Below, one piece after another: positions 49,351-58,700 of a stretch of DNA of 64,000 nucleotides; positions within the stretch are counted from its first letter, which is position 1, and each line of letters begins with the position of its first letter. The notes beneath the pieces are model-generated. The model saw only the letters and a list, made by a program, of their open reading frames with translations. It did no database searches and was not told the origin of the DNA. The DNA is from Alphaproteobacteria bacterium (GTDB lineage Bacteria > Pseudomonadota > Alphaproteobacteria > Micavibrionales > SZUA-601), in assembly GCA_965216395.1 (NCBI GenBank), contig OZ244156.1:1331153-1395152 (forward strand), written 5' to 3'. A program made the translations under genes and the position numbers.

Positions 49351-51117
49351 ATGAAAAAATTTTTCTCACTACCCGCACTTAATTCTATCCGTTCGGTTTT
49401 CATACGTATCTTAACATTTATCGGCGGTTTTGTATTTTTTCTCTTTTTATCTGGATTAGTTATTGGCGCGTTGACCGATAAACGATCCGTCAAATTGCCA
49501 GATAATATTGTTTTATCACTTGAAGTAAAAGAACAGTTTAAAGAAAAATCTGGTATTAGTGGTTTGACAGATTTGTTGTCTCCATCGCAATCTTTAACAA
49601 TTCACGAAATTGTTGGTGCTATTAATCACGCTGCAAAAGACAAACGTGTTCATGGTCTATACGTGAAATTAGATGGCGGTGATTATGGTTTGGCCCATAT
49701 TCAAGAGTTTCGCGATGCGATTGCCCATTTTCAAACTAAGGGTAAATTCGCTTATCTATATAGCAACAGTTTTGGCGGACTGCATTCAAGCATGGCCGAA
49801 TATTATATGGCATCGCTCATGAACGAAGTTTGGATGCAACCTGTTGGTACAGTATCCATCACGGGCTATAGTTTACAAATGCCGTTTTTACGCGAAGCTT
49901 TGGACAAAATTGGTATCGAACCAGAAGTTATAGCGGCTGGACAATATAAATCAGCGCCAGAAATCTTTACGCGTAATGGCCAATCAGAATCCAGTCAAAA
50001 AATGAATCAGAATTTATTGCGCAATTTATCTGATCAATTCATTTCCGATGTCAGCTTTGATCGTGATATTTCACCAGATACTTTAAAAACACTAATTGCC
50101 CAAGCTCCAATGACCGATCACCATGCACTTAAATCAGGGTTGGTTGATAGTATTGGTTATTGGGATGAATTTCTGAAACATATTCAAAATGAGGCACCAA
50201 AAGATTCTATTAGTGTTGACGTCAAAAAATATAATCGAGCGAAAAAGAAGTCTAAAAACGATGTCACAAAATTTGCACTCATCCAGGCCAGTGGCGCTAT
50301 AACAAGCCTTGGTGAAGGCGCCACGCTATTAGATGATCAAACCACTTATTCTGAAGAAATCTGGGATGCTTTTCATGACGCGATGAATGATCAAGACATT
50401 AAAGCGATCATTTTTCGCGTGGATAGCCCTGGTGGCTCTCCTGTAGCTTCTGAAACCATTCGTCGGGCTGTCATACTTGCAAAACAGAAAAAAACCGTGA
50501 TTGTTTCCATGGGAAATACGGCGGCTTCAGGTGGTTATTGGATCAGCGTCGATGCTTCTGCAATTATCGCACAACCAGCAACATTAACAGGTTCAATCGG
50601 TGTTTTTGCCATGAAGCCAAATTTACAAGGATTTTGGGATAAATTAGGCATTCATTGGGACATTGTTAAACAAAACGACGGCGCCGATATCTGGTCACCC
50701 CATAAAGCACTTAGTGAAGACGAAAAAGCCAAATTACAAACATTGATCAATTATACTTATGAGCAATTTATTGAACGCGTGGCCTCGGGGCGTAACATGG
50801 CAGAGACTGAGGTTAGAAAAATTGCTGAGGGGCGTGTTTGGACTGGTGAACAAGCTTTAAAAAATGGGTTAGTTGACGGTTTGGGCGGTGTTGAAACCGC
50901 CGTGTCCAAAGGAAAGGAACTTAGTAAAATCAGTCACAACGAAAATGTTGTTCTGGTTCCCTATCCAAAACCTTTATCACCACTGGCTCATTTATTAAAA
51001 ATGACCAATCATAATCTTGCTTTTATCCCGCAATTTATAAGCATAAATACACTACTAACATCAATTATAAAGACAACAAGCTTAGACACTTGGTTATTAG
51101 ATCAGCAGCCAAAATAA
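49351..51117 (+). CDS. sppA: signal peptide peptidase SppA, 67K type (tandem S49 domains)
   Basis: N-terminal TM anchor. Second S49 domain with VDSPGGSPVASE and MGNTAASGGYWIS (catalytic Ser), then the conserved GRVWTGEQALKNGLVD. Confidence 0.85.
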   Translation: MKKFFSLPALNSIRSVFIRILTFIGGFVFFLFLSGLVIGALTDKRSVKLPDNIVLSLEVKEQFKEKSGISGLTDLLSPSQSLTIHEIVGAINHAAKDKRVHGLYVKLDGGDYGLAHIQEFRDAIAHFQTKGKFAYLYSNSFGGLHSSMAEYYMASLMNEVWMQPVGTVSITGYSLQMPFLREALDKIGIEPEVIAAGQYKSAPEIFTRNGQSESSQKMNQNLLRNLSDQFISDVSFDRDISPDTLKTLIAQAPMTDHHALKSGLVDSIGYWDEFLKHIQNEAPKDSISVDVKKYNRAKKKSKNDVTKFALIQASGAITSLGEGATLLDDQTTYSEEIWDAFHDAMNDQDIKAIIFRVDSPGGSPVASETIRRAVILAKQKKTVIVSMGNTAASGGYWISVDASAIIAQPATLTGSIGVFAMKPNLQGFWDKLGIHWDIVKQNDGADIWSPHKALSEDEKAKLQTLINYTYEQFIERVASGRNMAETEVRKIAEGRVWTGEQALKNGLVDGLGGVETAVSKGKELSKISHNENVVLVPYPKPLSPLAHLLKMTNHNLAFIPQFISINTLLTSIIKTTSLDTWLLDQQPK

Positions 51118-51177
51118 AGCGTTTACATAATAAATAATCTATGTTATGCTTTAATTTTACCTATTTGGGCATAAAAT

Positions 51178-52227
51178 ATGATTTATTTGAGTGATGTGAA
51201 AAGTTGTTTTGAAACATCAGAACTGTCTTTATATAAAGACTTGATTGAAAAAAATTTTAATCATTATCATAATGGATGGGAAAACAACTCAGAGAATTTT
51301 CAGGCTTTTATGTGGAATCATGGGCGTAGATATGACGGTATTAGTAATGAAGACTCTGGAAAAGCTTTAATAGGCAACTCAATTCCTGGGCTGTATGATA
51401 AAATTGATAAAAATAGTTTAGAGCCACAATTTGGCGAAAAAGAACCTCATATCAGAGATTTTATGGCATTAGTTAGTATCACGCAGAATCTCTATGATGA
51501 TATGGATAAAATTGCCACAGCCATTGGTGATGTGAACAATATTATCTCAATTTATGAGGAGGGATCGGATGTTATCCCAGAAAAAGGTCATTCAATTATA
51601 TATACAAAAATTGATTTAAAAGATGGAAGAAAAGTTGAATTTGTCCATAAAAATCCGCACCATCTTGAAGATGACAAAGCGCATAAACCGTATAAAAAGT
51701 ATACACAATTTAAAGATGGCATGAGAAGCGGTATTGGTATGACAGAAAAATACTGGTTTACCCATTTTAGCCTTTTAGAAAGGGATAAACATAGGTCTTC
51801 TGATTGGGACGAAGAAAGGTACAAAAAAGAGTTAAAAAAGATTAAGTTTCGAGACAACGCCAGAGAAATTTTAGGCAAAGCGACAGGTCTGTGGCAAGAT
51901 AAATTATCGCCGCAACAACGTGAAATGAAACAGCACATAAAAGCTGCTAAAAAAGCTTGGGAAAGAAATGGTAGGGCATTGAAAAATTTCCCCGAAGATT
52001 TATTTGTCAATGGCGTAGATTGGACAGAAATTCACAAAAAGGTTGGTTTCAAACCGTATCAAGAACAAACAATAACACAAGAAACGGTTCAGAGTTCAAA
52101 CTCATTTTTTACAAGCCAAAAAATTGAGTTGGAATTTTCAGAATCGGCCTATATGACGACACATAAATCAATCGAAACAAAAATATCGACAGTTAAACTT
52201 AAAAACGCAAAATTCTCTTTTAACTAA
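51178..52227 (+). CDS. hypothetical protein (349 aa)
   Basis: Long ORF, Lys/Glu-rich, with no signal peptide and no recognisable motif. Confidence 0.55.
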   Translation: MIYLSDVKSCFETSELSLYKDLIEKNFNHYHNGWENNSENFQAFMWNHGRRYDGISNEDSGKALIGNSIPGLYDKIDKNSLEPQFGEKEPHIRDFMALVSITQNLYDDMDKIATAIGDVNNIISIYEEGSDVIPEKGHSIIYTKIDLKDGRKVEFVHKNPHHLEDDKAHKPYKKYTQFKDGMRSGIGMTEKYWFTHFSLLERDKHRSSDWDEERYKKELKKIKFRDNAREILGKATGLWQDKLSPQQREMKQHIKAAKKAWERNGRALKNFPEDLFVNGVDWTEIHKKVGFKPYQEQTITQETVQSSNSFFTSQKIELEFSESAYMTTHKSIETKISTVKLKNAKFSFN

Positions 52228-52264
52228 ATTCAAGCTTTATTTGATTTAAAATATCAAAGTTTCT

Positions 52265-53794
52265 CTATGGACAAGCAGCGCCATTAACTAAAAGCGTTGA
52301 ATTTGTCACTGTTGCACCACCCAATAAACGACAAGGAAACGTAGCTGCTGATGCTGTTATATCACCACTTACATCATCAATCGTCCCAAAAAACCGCACA
52401 CCCGTGCCTGTTGCCCCTGAAACAACTACATCATCGAAAAATGCGCCTGTATTATTTTGCAAACCAATACCAATGCGGATACCTGTACCATCAATATTGA
52501 CGTCCCTAACACTTGTGCCCGATGTGCCGTTAAACAAAAGTGTTTGTGTACTACCTTGAAAATCAAGGCCTTGAATACCAGAATTATCAGCAAAAATAAA
52601 ACCATTCCCAGAAAAATTAGGATCACTTATTGTTGGACGCACCCCGCCAGCATTATAAGAAGCAGAATATTCTATCCCCGTTAAAACAACGTCACTGGCC
52701 GCGCCAGCAATGTATGTTGTCGTACCAATAGTAAAATCTTCGTTAGAGATAGAACCATCAGCACCATCAATGATAACTAGCGTATTGGGCGCCTGTGTCA
52801 ACGGATTATCCAATGTCGTCGGATCATCTTGGGTGCCCGTGGCACCAACCGTACCAGAGGCACTCACAAAAATAATATTATCCATTTGCACATTTGCACC
52901 ATTAATATCAACATTGGCCGCTTCTGTACCCGTAATAATAGTATTTTTTTGTGTAATAATATCGACATCACGAATAATTGGGTCTAACATGCGCCGTTCA
53001 AGCACGCTGTGATTTTTTGTCTTTTTTGAACCATTAAAAGGAATGCGCAAACGCGCGATTGCAAAAGATTGCGTATCACGCGCATCGTCGTGTTGAATTT
53101 CTGCACCCAATGTAAGGCGTGAACCTGCACCAAGAAAATCTAAATCATGGATACGTGTTTCAATACGTGCCCGTGGCCCTGTCACGTTATCGACACCACT
53201 TGCGTCAAAATGATAAACTCCTATGTAAGCGCGTGTATCTTCAAGAACAGGAATTTTGCCACCAAATTCAATATCCATACCGCCTACTGCTTTTTCAACT
53301 AAATCGAACGCATTCAGTTGAATTGTTGTACCAGTCACTGAAGGTGTTACACCTGTATCAGCTAATTTCTCTTTATCTCCAAAAGGAATATATCCGTTTA
53401 AACGTGCATCCCAATTAGTAGACATGAACTCCAAACCGAATGTTGCTTGGTTGAATTGATTGCTCTGACTGGTGTATCGCCTATCATAGAAACCATAACC
53501 ACCTATTATGTAGCTGTTATCGTATATTTGACGATAATTAGCACCTATACTAAATTCATTCCTGATGTCATCGGCGATCATCGTACGGATATTAGCCGTT
53601 AATAAAGATTTTTCATCTTGCGCGACAGGGATGACAATATCAGACTGGCCAATGGTGCGATCATTGCCAGGTTTAAATTCAAAATCAATATAAGGCCGCC
53701 ACTTATCTTCTGCATAGACAGTGTTAAAACCACCTAAAATCATAAGAAATGAACTCATAGTAAGTAAAGCCCAGCCTATAGATCGTATATTCAT
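52265..53794 (-). CDS. inverse-autotransporter-like outer-membrane protein with a Gly/Thr-rich C-terminal passenger
   Basis: Signal peptide (…GGFNTVYA|E). The N-terminal half matches the intimin/invasin beta-domain pattern by eye: GGYGFYDRRY...ATFGLEFMSTNWDARLNGYIPFG...EKAVGGMDIEFGGKIP...LGAEIQHDD...RLRIPF...LERRMLDPIIRDVDII. The C-terminal 230 aa or so has repetitive G/T/N/D-rich short strands (beta-helix-like) and ends ...VNGAACP. Confidence 0.55.
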   Translation of the reverse strand: MNIRSIGWALLTMSSFLMILGGFNTVYAEDKWRPYIDFEFKPGNDRTIGQSDIVIPVAQDEKSLLTANIRTMIADDIRNEFSIGANYRQIYDNSYIIGGYGFYDRRYTSQSNQFNQATFGLEFMSTNWDARLNGYIPFGDKEKLADTGVTPSVTGTTIQLNAFDLVEKAVGGMDIEFGGKIPVLEDTRAYIGVYHFDASGVDNVTGPRARIETRIHDLDFLGAGSRLTLGAEIQHDDARDTQSFAIARLRIPFNGSKKTKNHSVLERRMLDPIIRDVDIITQKNTIITGTEAANVDINGANVQMDNIIFVSASGTVGATGTQDDPTTLDNPLTQAPNTLVIIDGADGSISNEDFTIGTTTYIAGAASDVVLTGIEYSASYNAGGVRPTISDPNFSGNGFIFADNSGIQGLDFQGSTQTLLFNGTSGTSVRDVNIDGTGIRIGIGLQNNTGAFFDDVVVSGATGTGVRFFGTIDDVSGDITASAATFPCRLLGGATVTNSTLLVNGAACP

Positions 53795-53974
53795 TGATGT
53801 ACCTTATCATCATTCGTTTTACATACTCTCATATTATAGCATATTTGATACGACAGGTATATAAAGAAACCCTTAAAAAAGCTTGACTATATTGGCCAAA
53901 AATACAAAAAAGAAAGTATTTTTTTGGAGAGTGTGATATAAAATACTTAACAAAGAAAAATACAGGTGTAAAGA

Positions 53975-54568
53975 ATGCATAAAATCAAATCTTCGGCAAG
54001 TTTTGCTCTCACATTGGGCCTATTTTATTTAGCCACGAGCCTTTTGGTAACAACATTTGAAATTCGTAACATGCGGCGCGATATTCCGCACATAATCGAA
54101 CAATTTGAAACAATGGAAACATCCATCGATATTGCGGGTATTCTTAAAACAATTGATGGCGTGAATGAACAAATTCCACTCGTTTTAACACAAGTGGAAG
54201 AATCAAGGAAAACGCTTGACCGCCTTAATACCCAAATTCCCAGTATTCTTAATGAAGTTTCAGCTCTACGACAATCAACAATTCCATCCCTTATCAAAGA
54301 AAGCGAAGCACTACGCGCCGAAATGCCGATTATGCTTGAGAAAGCTGATAAATTAGCCACAAAGGTCAACAATATACCAGAAAATATGACGAAAAGCTTT
54401 GCTAAAGGTACGGTAAAAACCGTCATCAGCGCGCCAACAGATATCGTAAAAGGTGTTGGTGAAGGTGTAGGAAACACTTTAAAAACGGGGGCTGGTCTGA
54501 TTATAAAACAAAGTGAAGAACAAGGTAAAACAAAAAACCCCGCCGAACAACCTGCAAGTTCTGAATAA
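53975..54568 (+). CDS. membrane-anchored helical-repeat protein
   Basis: One N-terminal TM helix, followed by a degenerate repeat recurring every ~15-20 residues and built around (I/M)P-x-(I/L)(I/L): DIPHIIEQ, EQIPLVLTQVEESR, TQIPSILNEVSALR, STIPSLIKESEALR, AEMPIMLEKADKL. It is longer and more structured than the antisense 150-aa ORF. Confidence 0.5.
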   Translation: MHKIKSSASFALTLGLFYLATSLLVTTFEIRNMRRDIPHIIEQFETMETSIDIAGILKTIDGVNEQIPLVLTQVEESRKTLDRLNTQIPSILNEVSALRQSTIPSLIKESEALRAEMPIMLEKADKLATKVNNIPENMTKSFAKGTVKTVISAPTDIVKGVGEGVGNTLKTGAGLIIKQSEEQGKTKNPAEQPASSE

Positions 54569-54582
54569 TTTGTGCACGATTT

Positions 54583-55560
54583 TTAGAGCCATTTCAATTT
54601 TTTAAATAAAATAACTTGAAAAATAACAACACCAAACAGCATGGCAACAAATACCCAAAAAGCGTGAGTATAATCAGCTCCAGGTATTCCAGCAATATTA
54701 ATACCTAAAAGACCTGTTAGAAAACCAAGTGGTAAAAAAATCGCCGCAACAACCGATAGAACATACATATTTTTATTTAATTTATCGGCTAAGCCACTGC
54801 TCAACTCATCTTTAATAATTTGAGCGCGTTCGCGAATTGTATCCAAATCTTCAAGATAGCGCATGGTGCGATCAAGGCTTTCTTGTAATTTGCGTTTGTG
54901 AATGACTTCAAGCCAATTCATCTCAGAATTTTTGAGATAAGAAATCACGTCTCTTTGCGGCATGATATAACGTCGAAATATAATCGCCTGTTTTCTGATA
55001 TGAACGATCTCATGTCGGTGCTTAATACTAGGTTCTTCTGACACGACTTCTTCAATATTATCCGTGCGCTCATCCAGTTCACTCAAAACAGGTTCCATTC
55101 GCTCAAATAAACGACTAATCAGCATCGTTACAAAATCCGCCGATATTTTAGGACCAATTCCAGAACTCAGACGGTTTTCAATATCGCTTACGGCGCGTAA
55201 CCCTCTTTTTTGAATACTGATAATACGTGATGGATCAATCCATAAACGAATTGAAACCATATCTTCTGGTTGGGCATTTTCATTAAGATTGACACCCCTT
55301 AAAATAAGCAGAAATCCATTGCCATGTTCTAAAATTCTTGGGCGTGTTTCTTCGGCAAGCAAAGCATCAATGATCAACGTATCAAGGTAGGTCAGTTCTT
55401 TTACAAGCCAATCTCGCGTTGCCTCTTGGTTACCATCAAAATGAACCCACGCAAGACAATCATCTTTAATCTGTTTCGCAATATCCTTACCGCTTAAGCG
55501 TTGGCCTGTGCCATCACCCGTAATTTTATAAGCAGATAAAATCGCATTTTGTTCAGACAT
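54583..55560 (-). CDS. CorA-family divalent cation transporter (ZntB-like)
   Basis: 325 aa. The N-terminal cytoplasmic domain has WVHFDG...WL. Two C-terminal TM helices carry LPLGFLTGLLGINIAGIPG (a GxN motif variant of GMN). Confidence 0.72.
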   Translation of the reverse strand: MSEQNAILSAYKITGDGTGQRLSGKDIAKQIKDDCLAWVHFDGNQEATRDWLVKELTYLDTLIIDALLAEETRPRILEHGNGFLLILRGVNLNENAQPEDMVSIRLWIDPSRIISIQKRGLRAVSDIENRLSSGIGPKISADFVTMLISRLFERMEPVLSELDERTDNIEEVVSEEPSIKHRHEIVHIRKQAIIFRRYIMPQRDVISYLKNSEMNWLEVIHKRKLQESLDRTMRYLEDLDTIRERAQIIKDELSSGLADKLNKNMYVLSVVAAIFLPLGFLTGLLGINIAGIPGADYTHAFWVFVAMLFGVVIFQVILFKKLKWL

Positions 55561-55572
55561 TTAATTGCTCCC

Positions 55573-56505
55573 TTAAAACTCGTAACCAAAATTTAATGTT
55601 GTCAATGTGTCTGTGCTTTCAACGCCGGCTGGGACATCGGAGAGATTTTCAACTTCAAAACCAAATTTTAGAAAGAGTGATTGATATATATCGGCTTTTA
55701 AACCCGCATACCCTTTTAATACAATTAATTCTTCACCAAATTCTGCGCTTGCTGATTGGTCAAAGCCAAGACGATCATTAATATCCCACTCCAATTCTTC
55801 AGCCAATTTCGTTGTCAATTCATCCGTACGATCACCGTTAGTAAGGCGTGTATGCCTTGCGCCGCCACTCCATTCACCATTGAGTTTTAAACGATCATTT
55901 TTAATAAAATAATAGCCATATCCCAAACCTTCTGAAATCCGATAATCAAAACCACTGAAACGATCATCAACATAGGCCAGTTCACCAAAAAGATAACTGC
56001 GTTCATTTAATTTATAATCAAGTTGATTTTCTGCGCGGTATTCCTCAGCCGTGCGATTGCCATCATCTTTCTCATTGCGAAAAGACAAATCTAATTTATT
56101 TTTCCAATTTTCTGGCTCATATACGATTGATAATCTGGCATTTAAATCTTGCTCTTCTGTATTCCCCGTTGCAACACTCACCCCACCCTCAGCTGAACCA
56201 GACCATAATTTTTCATTATCTTGAGATGTAGATATATTTTTTTTACTGGTTGTTTGGGGTGTTGTTTGCATCTTCTTCACAATGGCCGATGGCGCGTTAC
56301 TAGATAAAGAATAGGCCTTAATCATTGCACGATATTGCGGAAAAATACCCGTTAATTTTTCTTTTGTTGCCTGAATAATCAAAGTGTTTTGCGTATGCAA
56401 GGCTTGATCTAAAATATTTTGCAACTCAGTGGGTAAATTATTCTCCGCCATGGCCATCATCGGCATAAAACAAATCATAAAGATAAATTTTGATAGTGAA
56501 TTCAT
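55573..56505 (-). CDS. DUF481-like (YdiY-type) outer-membrane beta-barrel protein
   Basis: Signal peptide. WSGSAEGGVSVATGNTEEQDLNARL...TAEEYRAENQLDYKL...YVDDRFSGFDYRISEGLGYGYYF, with a terminal ...LNFGYEF (aromatic C-terminus). Confidence 0.55.
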   Translation of the reverse strand: MNSLSKFIFMICFMPMMAMAENNLPTELQNILDQALHTQNTLIIQATKEKLTGIFPQYRAMIKAYSLSSNAPSAIVKKMQTTPQTTSKKNISTSQDNEKLWSGSAEGGVSVATGNTEEQDLNARLSIVYEPENWKNKLDLSFRNEKDDGNRTAEEYRAENQLDYKLNERSYLFGELAYVDDRFSGFDYRISEGLGYGYYFIKNDRLKLNGEWSGGARHTRLTNGDRTDELTTKLAEELEWDINDRLGFDQSASAEFGEELIVLKGYAGLKADIYQSLFLKFGFEVENLSDVPAGVESTDTLTTLNFGYEF

Positions 56506-56631
56506 ATTTCTGTATACTCTTAATTTGGATAACTTTTATGGAGATAGTAAATACGCCCATAATCTTTGTCCAGAGCGAAGAAAAACGAAAATCTAAGAAT
56601 ATATAAATTTTGAAATATTTAATTAAACAAC

Positions 56632-57802
56632 TTAAGTGTTTTTCAGTACCTCTAAATAAGCTTTTCGACCATCTGAAACTATTTTGACTGGTACAGTAAA
56701 ATCTTTGCCAGCTTCATAAGCTTTTGTTAATAAGCTTCCTCCATATATTTGCTCAACCTTCGTTAAAATCTCTTGCTCGCAAATAATTGATATCTGCGCT
56801 TTAAATAAAAGTGTTTTAGAAAGATGGTCTATTGGGCTTGCGAAAACAATATTTGAATGCTTAGGGAGAATATCAACACATCTTCTACGGCTCATAATTT
56901 CAGAAAAAAGAATATCATCACATATATTAAAAGAACCCGCTTCTCTTTCTGAAACAGACTGATAACTCGTCTCTAACTCATGGTACGCTCTTGTGACATT
57001 TAACACTTTTCCATCAGGGCTTGTTGCGCCACGAACGAGTATGGCTTCAAACTCATCCGCTTGTTTTTCTCTTGTGAGGGTAAAACTACTTTCTTCAAAA
57101 TCTCTACATTTATGATATTGAAGAAAATAATTATTACCCTTTAAATCCGTTTGAATTTCAAGTAGCGGACAATGATTAGGGTCAAATTTATCTAAGCACC
57201 TGATTGATTCATAAAAATCGACTATTAAGTAGTTTTGATAAAAACTTTCTTTTTCATTATGAGAAAATATATGGTATCGGCCCCTTATACTTGAATCTGC
57301 AATAACACTTCTGTTATAGCCTGAAACTTTTTCCCAATATGAAAAGCTGATATTTTTAAGCGATTCCTCATAGTCAATCTGCAAAAAATCGCAGTATTTT
57401 TTGTGAGGATAATCATAGATTGATATAACCTCATTTTCAAAATCTTTCTGTGACCTTTTTTGTAAATCATGACCAATAATAACTTTAAACCATAGATGTC
57501 TTTCACTATATCTATCGCCAGATTTTGCTAATTTTTTTCGGTTTTCTATATAATTTTTTTTGCATCATTAATTATTTCTTTTGTCATAACAAAGCTTTCC
57601 AAAAGACCAGAAACACCATCATAGTCTTGGGGGTGCTCACTTCGCATAATTACTTTACCACCCTGATCAACAAAATCTAAAGCTTCTTCAAGATCTTTAA
57701 ATCTACGCGGAACTAAAAAGCCGGCATCTTCAACATAATCTACGATCATTGCTTTAGGTTGCAATGGTTTTTTTGTTGAAAAAAATCAATATTTCTTGTC
57801 AT
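56632..57802 (-). pseudogene. frameshifted gene (about 390 codons if repaired), broken at poly(A) runs; possible PPDK_N/ATP-grasp-like N-terminus
   Basis: The 72-aa ORF (57546-57764) ends 2 codons after an A8 run (plus-strand T8 at 57554-57561). The 250-aa ORF (56632-57384) has only a TTG start. Its frame stays open for 54 further codons upstream, with no start codon, right up to the A8 run. Adding one A (or a -1 slip on A_AAA_AAA) fuses the two. An upstream ATG at 57802 joins in the same way through an A7 run (57768-57774). The N-terminal KVIMRSEHPQDYDGVSGLLESFV faintly resembles the RSSxxxEDxxxxSFAGq motif of PEP-utilising enzymes. Confidence 0.6.
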
Positions 57803-57986
57803 TTAGCATCTATGATATTTTAATTATAATCAAAATATAGCAAAAACAAAAGTTATGTCAATATTTTTCAAGTATTGTTATGTATTCAACTTTGCCGATT
57901 TATTTTATTTTAAAACATTTAGATATCAAAAGTTAGATCATGCGTGGTTTTGATTTTTTAGGATTTGCTGAAAGCCTTATAAATAG

Positions 57987-58062
57987 TGGTGACCGCGCGG
58001 AGGCTCGAACTCCGGACCTACTGATTAAAAGTCAGTTGCTCTACCAACTGAGCTACGCGGTC
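57987..58062 (-). tRNA. tRNA-Lys (anticodon UUU)
   Basis: The reverse complement folds as a cloverleaf. Acceptor gaccgcg/cgcggtc, anticodon stem actga/tcagt with loop cTTTTaa, T arm cggag-ttcgagc-ctccg, encoded CCA. Confidence 0.92.
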
Positions 58063-58125
58063 ACACCGTTTAAACAACGGACTATAGGTGTATAGATATT
58101 TTTTTGATTCTTGTCCAGTGAATTT

Positions 58126-58638
58126 TTAAATTACTGGGCTTTGACCTCTATGATCAGTCATAATTTTTTCCACACGATCGCTCAAATCATCAAAATTCAT
58201 CATATTATCTACAAATACTTTTTCACTTTCTAAGCGTTTACTCTTTTTTGAAAAACACTTTTCTGTCAGTTTTTCTGCTGCGTATAAAAACAATCCAATT
58301 GATACTAAAAAACCAGCCATACCAGCTGCATTTGTTACAAAATCTCTATTCTCATCAAAATATTTGAGAATAGCTTTTGCGCCCTCTTTATTTAAAGCAA
58401 CACTAAGAACAGTAGACAAAACAAATAAGCCTACTACTGTCAGACTTTTATTACCATCTAAATTTCTTTCCTTACGTCCGAGTTCAATTCTTTGATCTTT
58501 ATACGATATCAATTTATTAATATCTTTGATATCGTTTTCTTTTAATGGATGTTTTTCTTCCAAAAAATTAATAAGGTCGTTTTTCTGATCTTGATTTTTA
58601 CGTATATCTCTATTTGTTTTTTTTAATATATAACGCAT
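58126..58638 (-). CDS. hypothetical membrane protein (170 aa)
   Basis: ORF with two central hydrophobic helices (LTVVGLFVLSTVLSVAL; AGMAGFLVSIGLFLYAA). No known motif. Confidence 0.45.
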   Translation of the reverse strand: MRYILKKTNRDIRKNQDQKNDLINFLEEKHPLKENDIKDINKLISYKDQRIELGRKERNLDGNKSLTVVGLFVLSTVLSVALNKEGAKAILKYFDENRDFVTNAAGMAGFLVSIGLFLYAAEKLTEKCFSKKSKRLESEKVFVDNMMNFDDLSDRVEKIMTDHRGQSPVI

Positions 58639-58700
58639 AAGTATCTCTCACATATTTTAAGTAAGAGATATTTACCACATATCAGATATTATGTCAATTA

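Noticed and set aside
54025-54477. 150-aa minus-strand ORF as the real gene at this locus
   Set aside because: The overlapping plus-strand ORF is longer (197 aa), has a TM anchor and an ordered repeat structure, and fits the intergenic spacing. The antisense product is Ser/Ile/Arg-rich and low in complexity.
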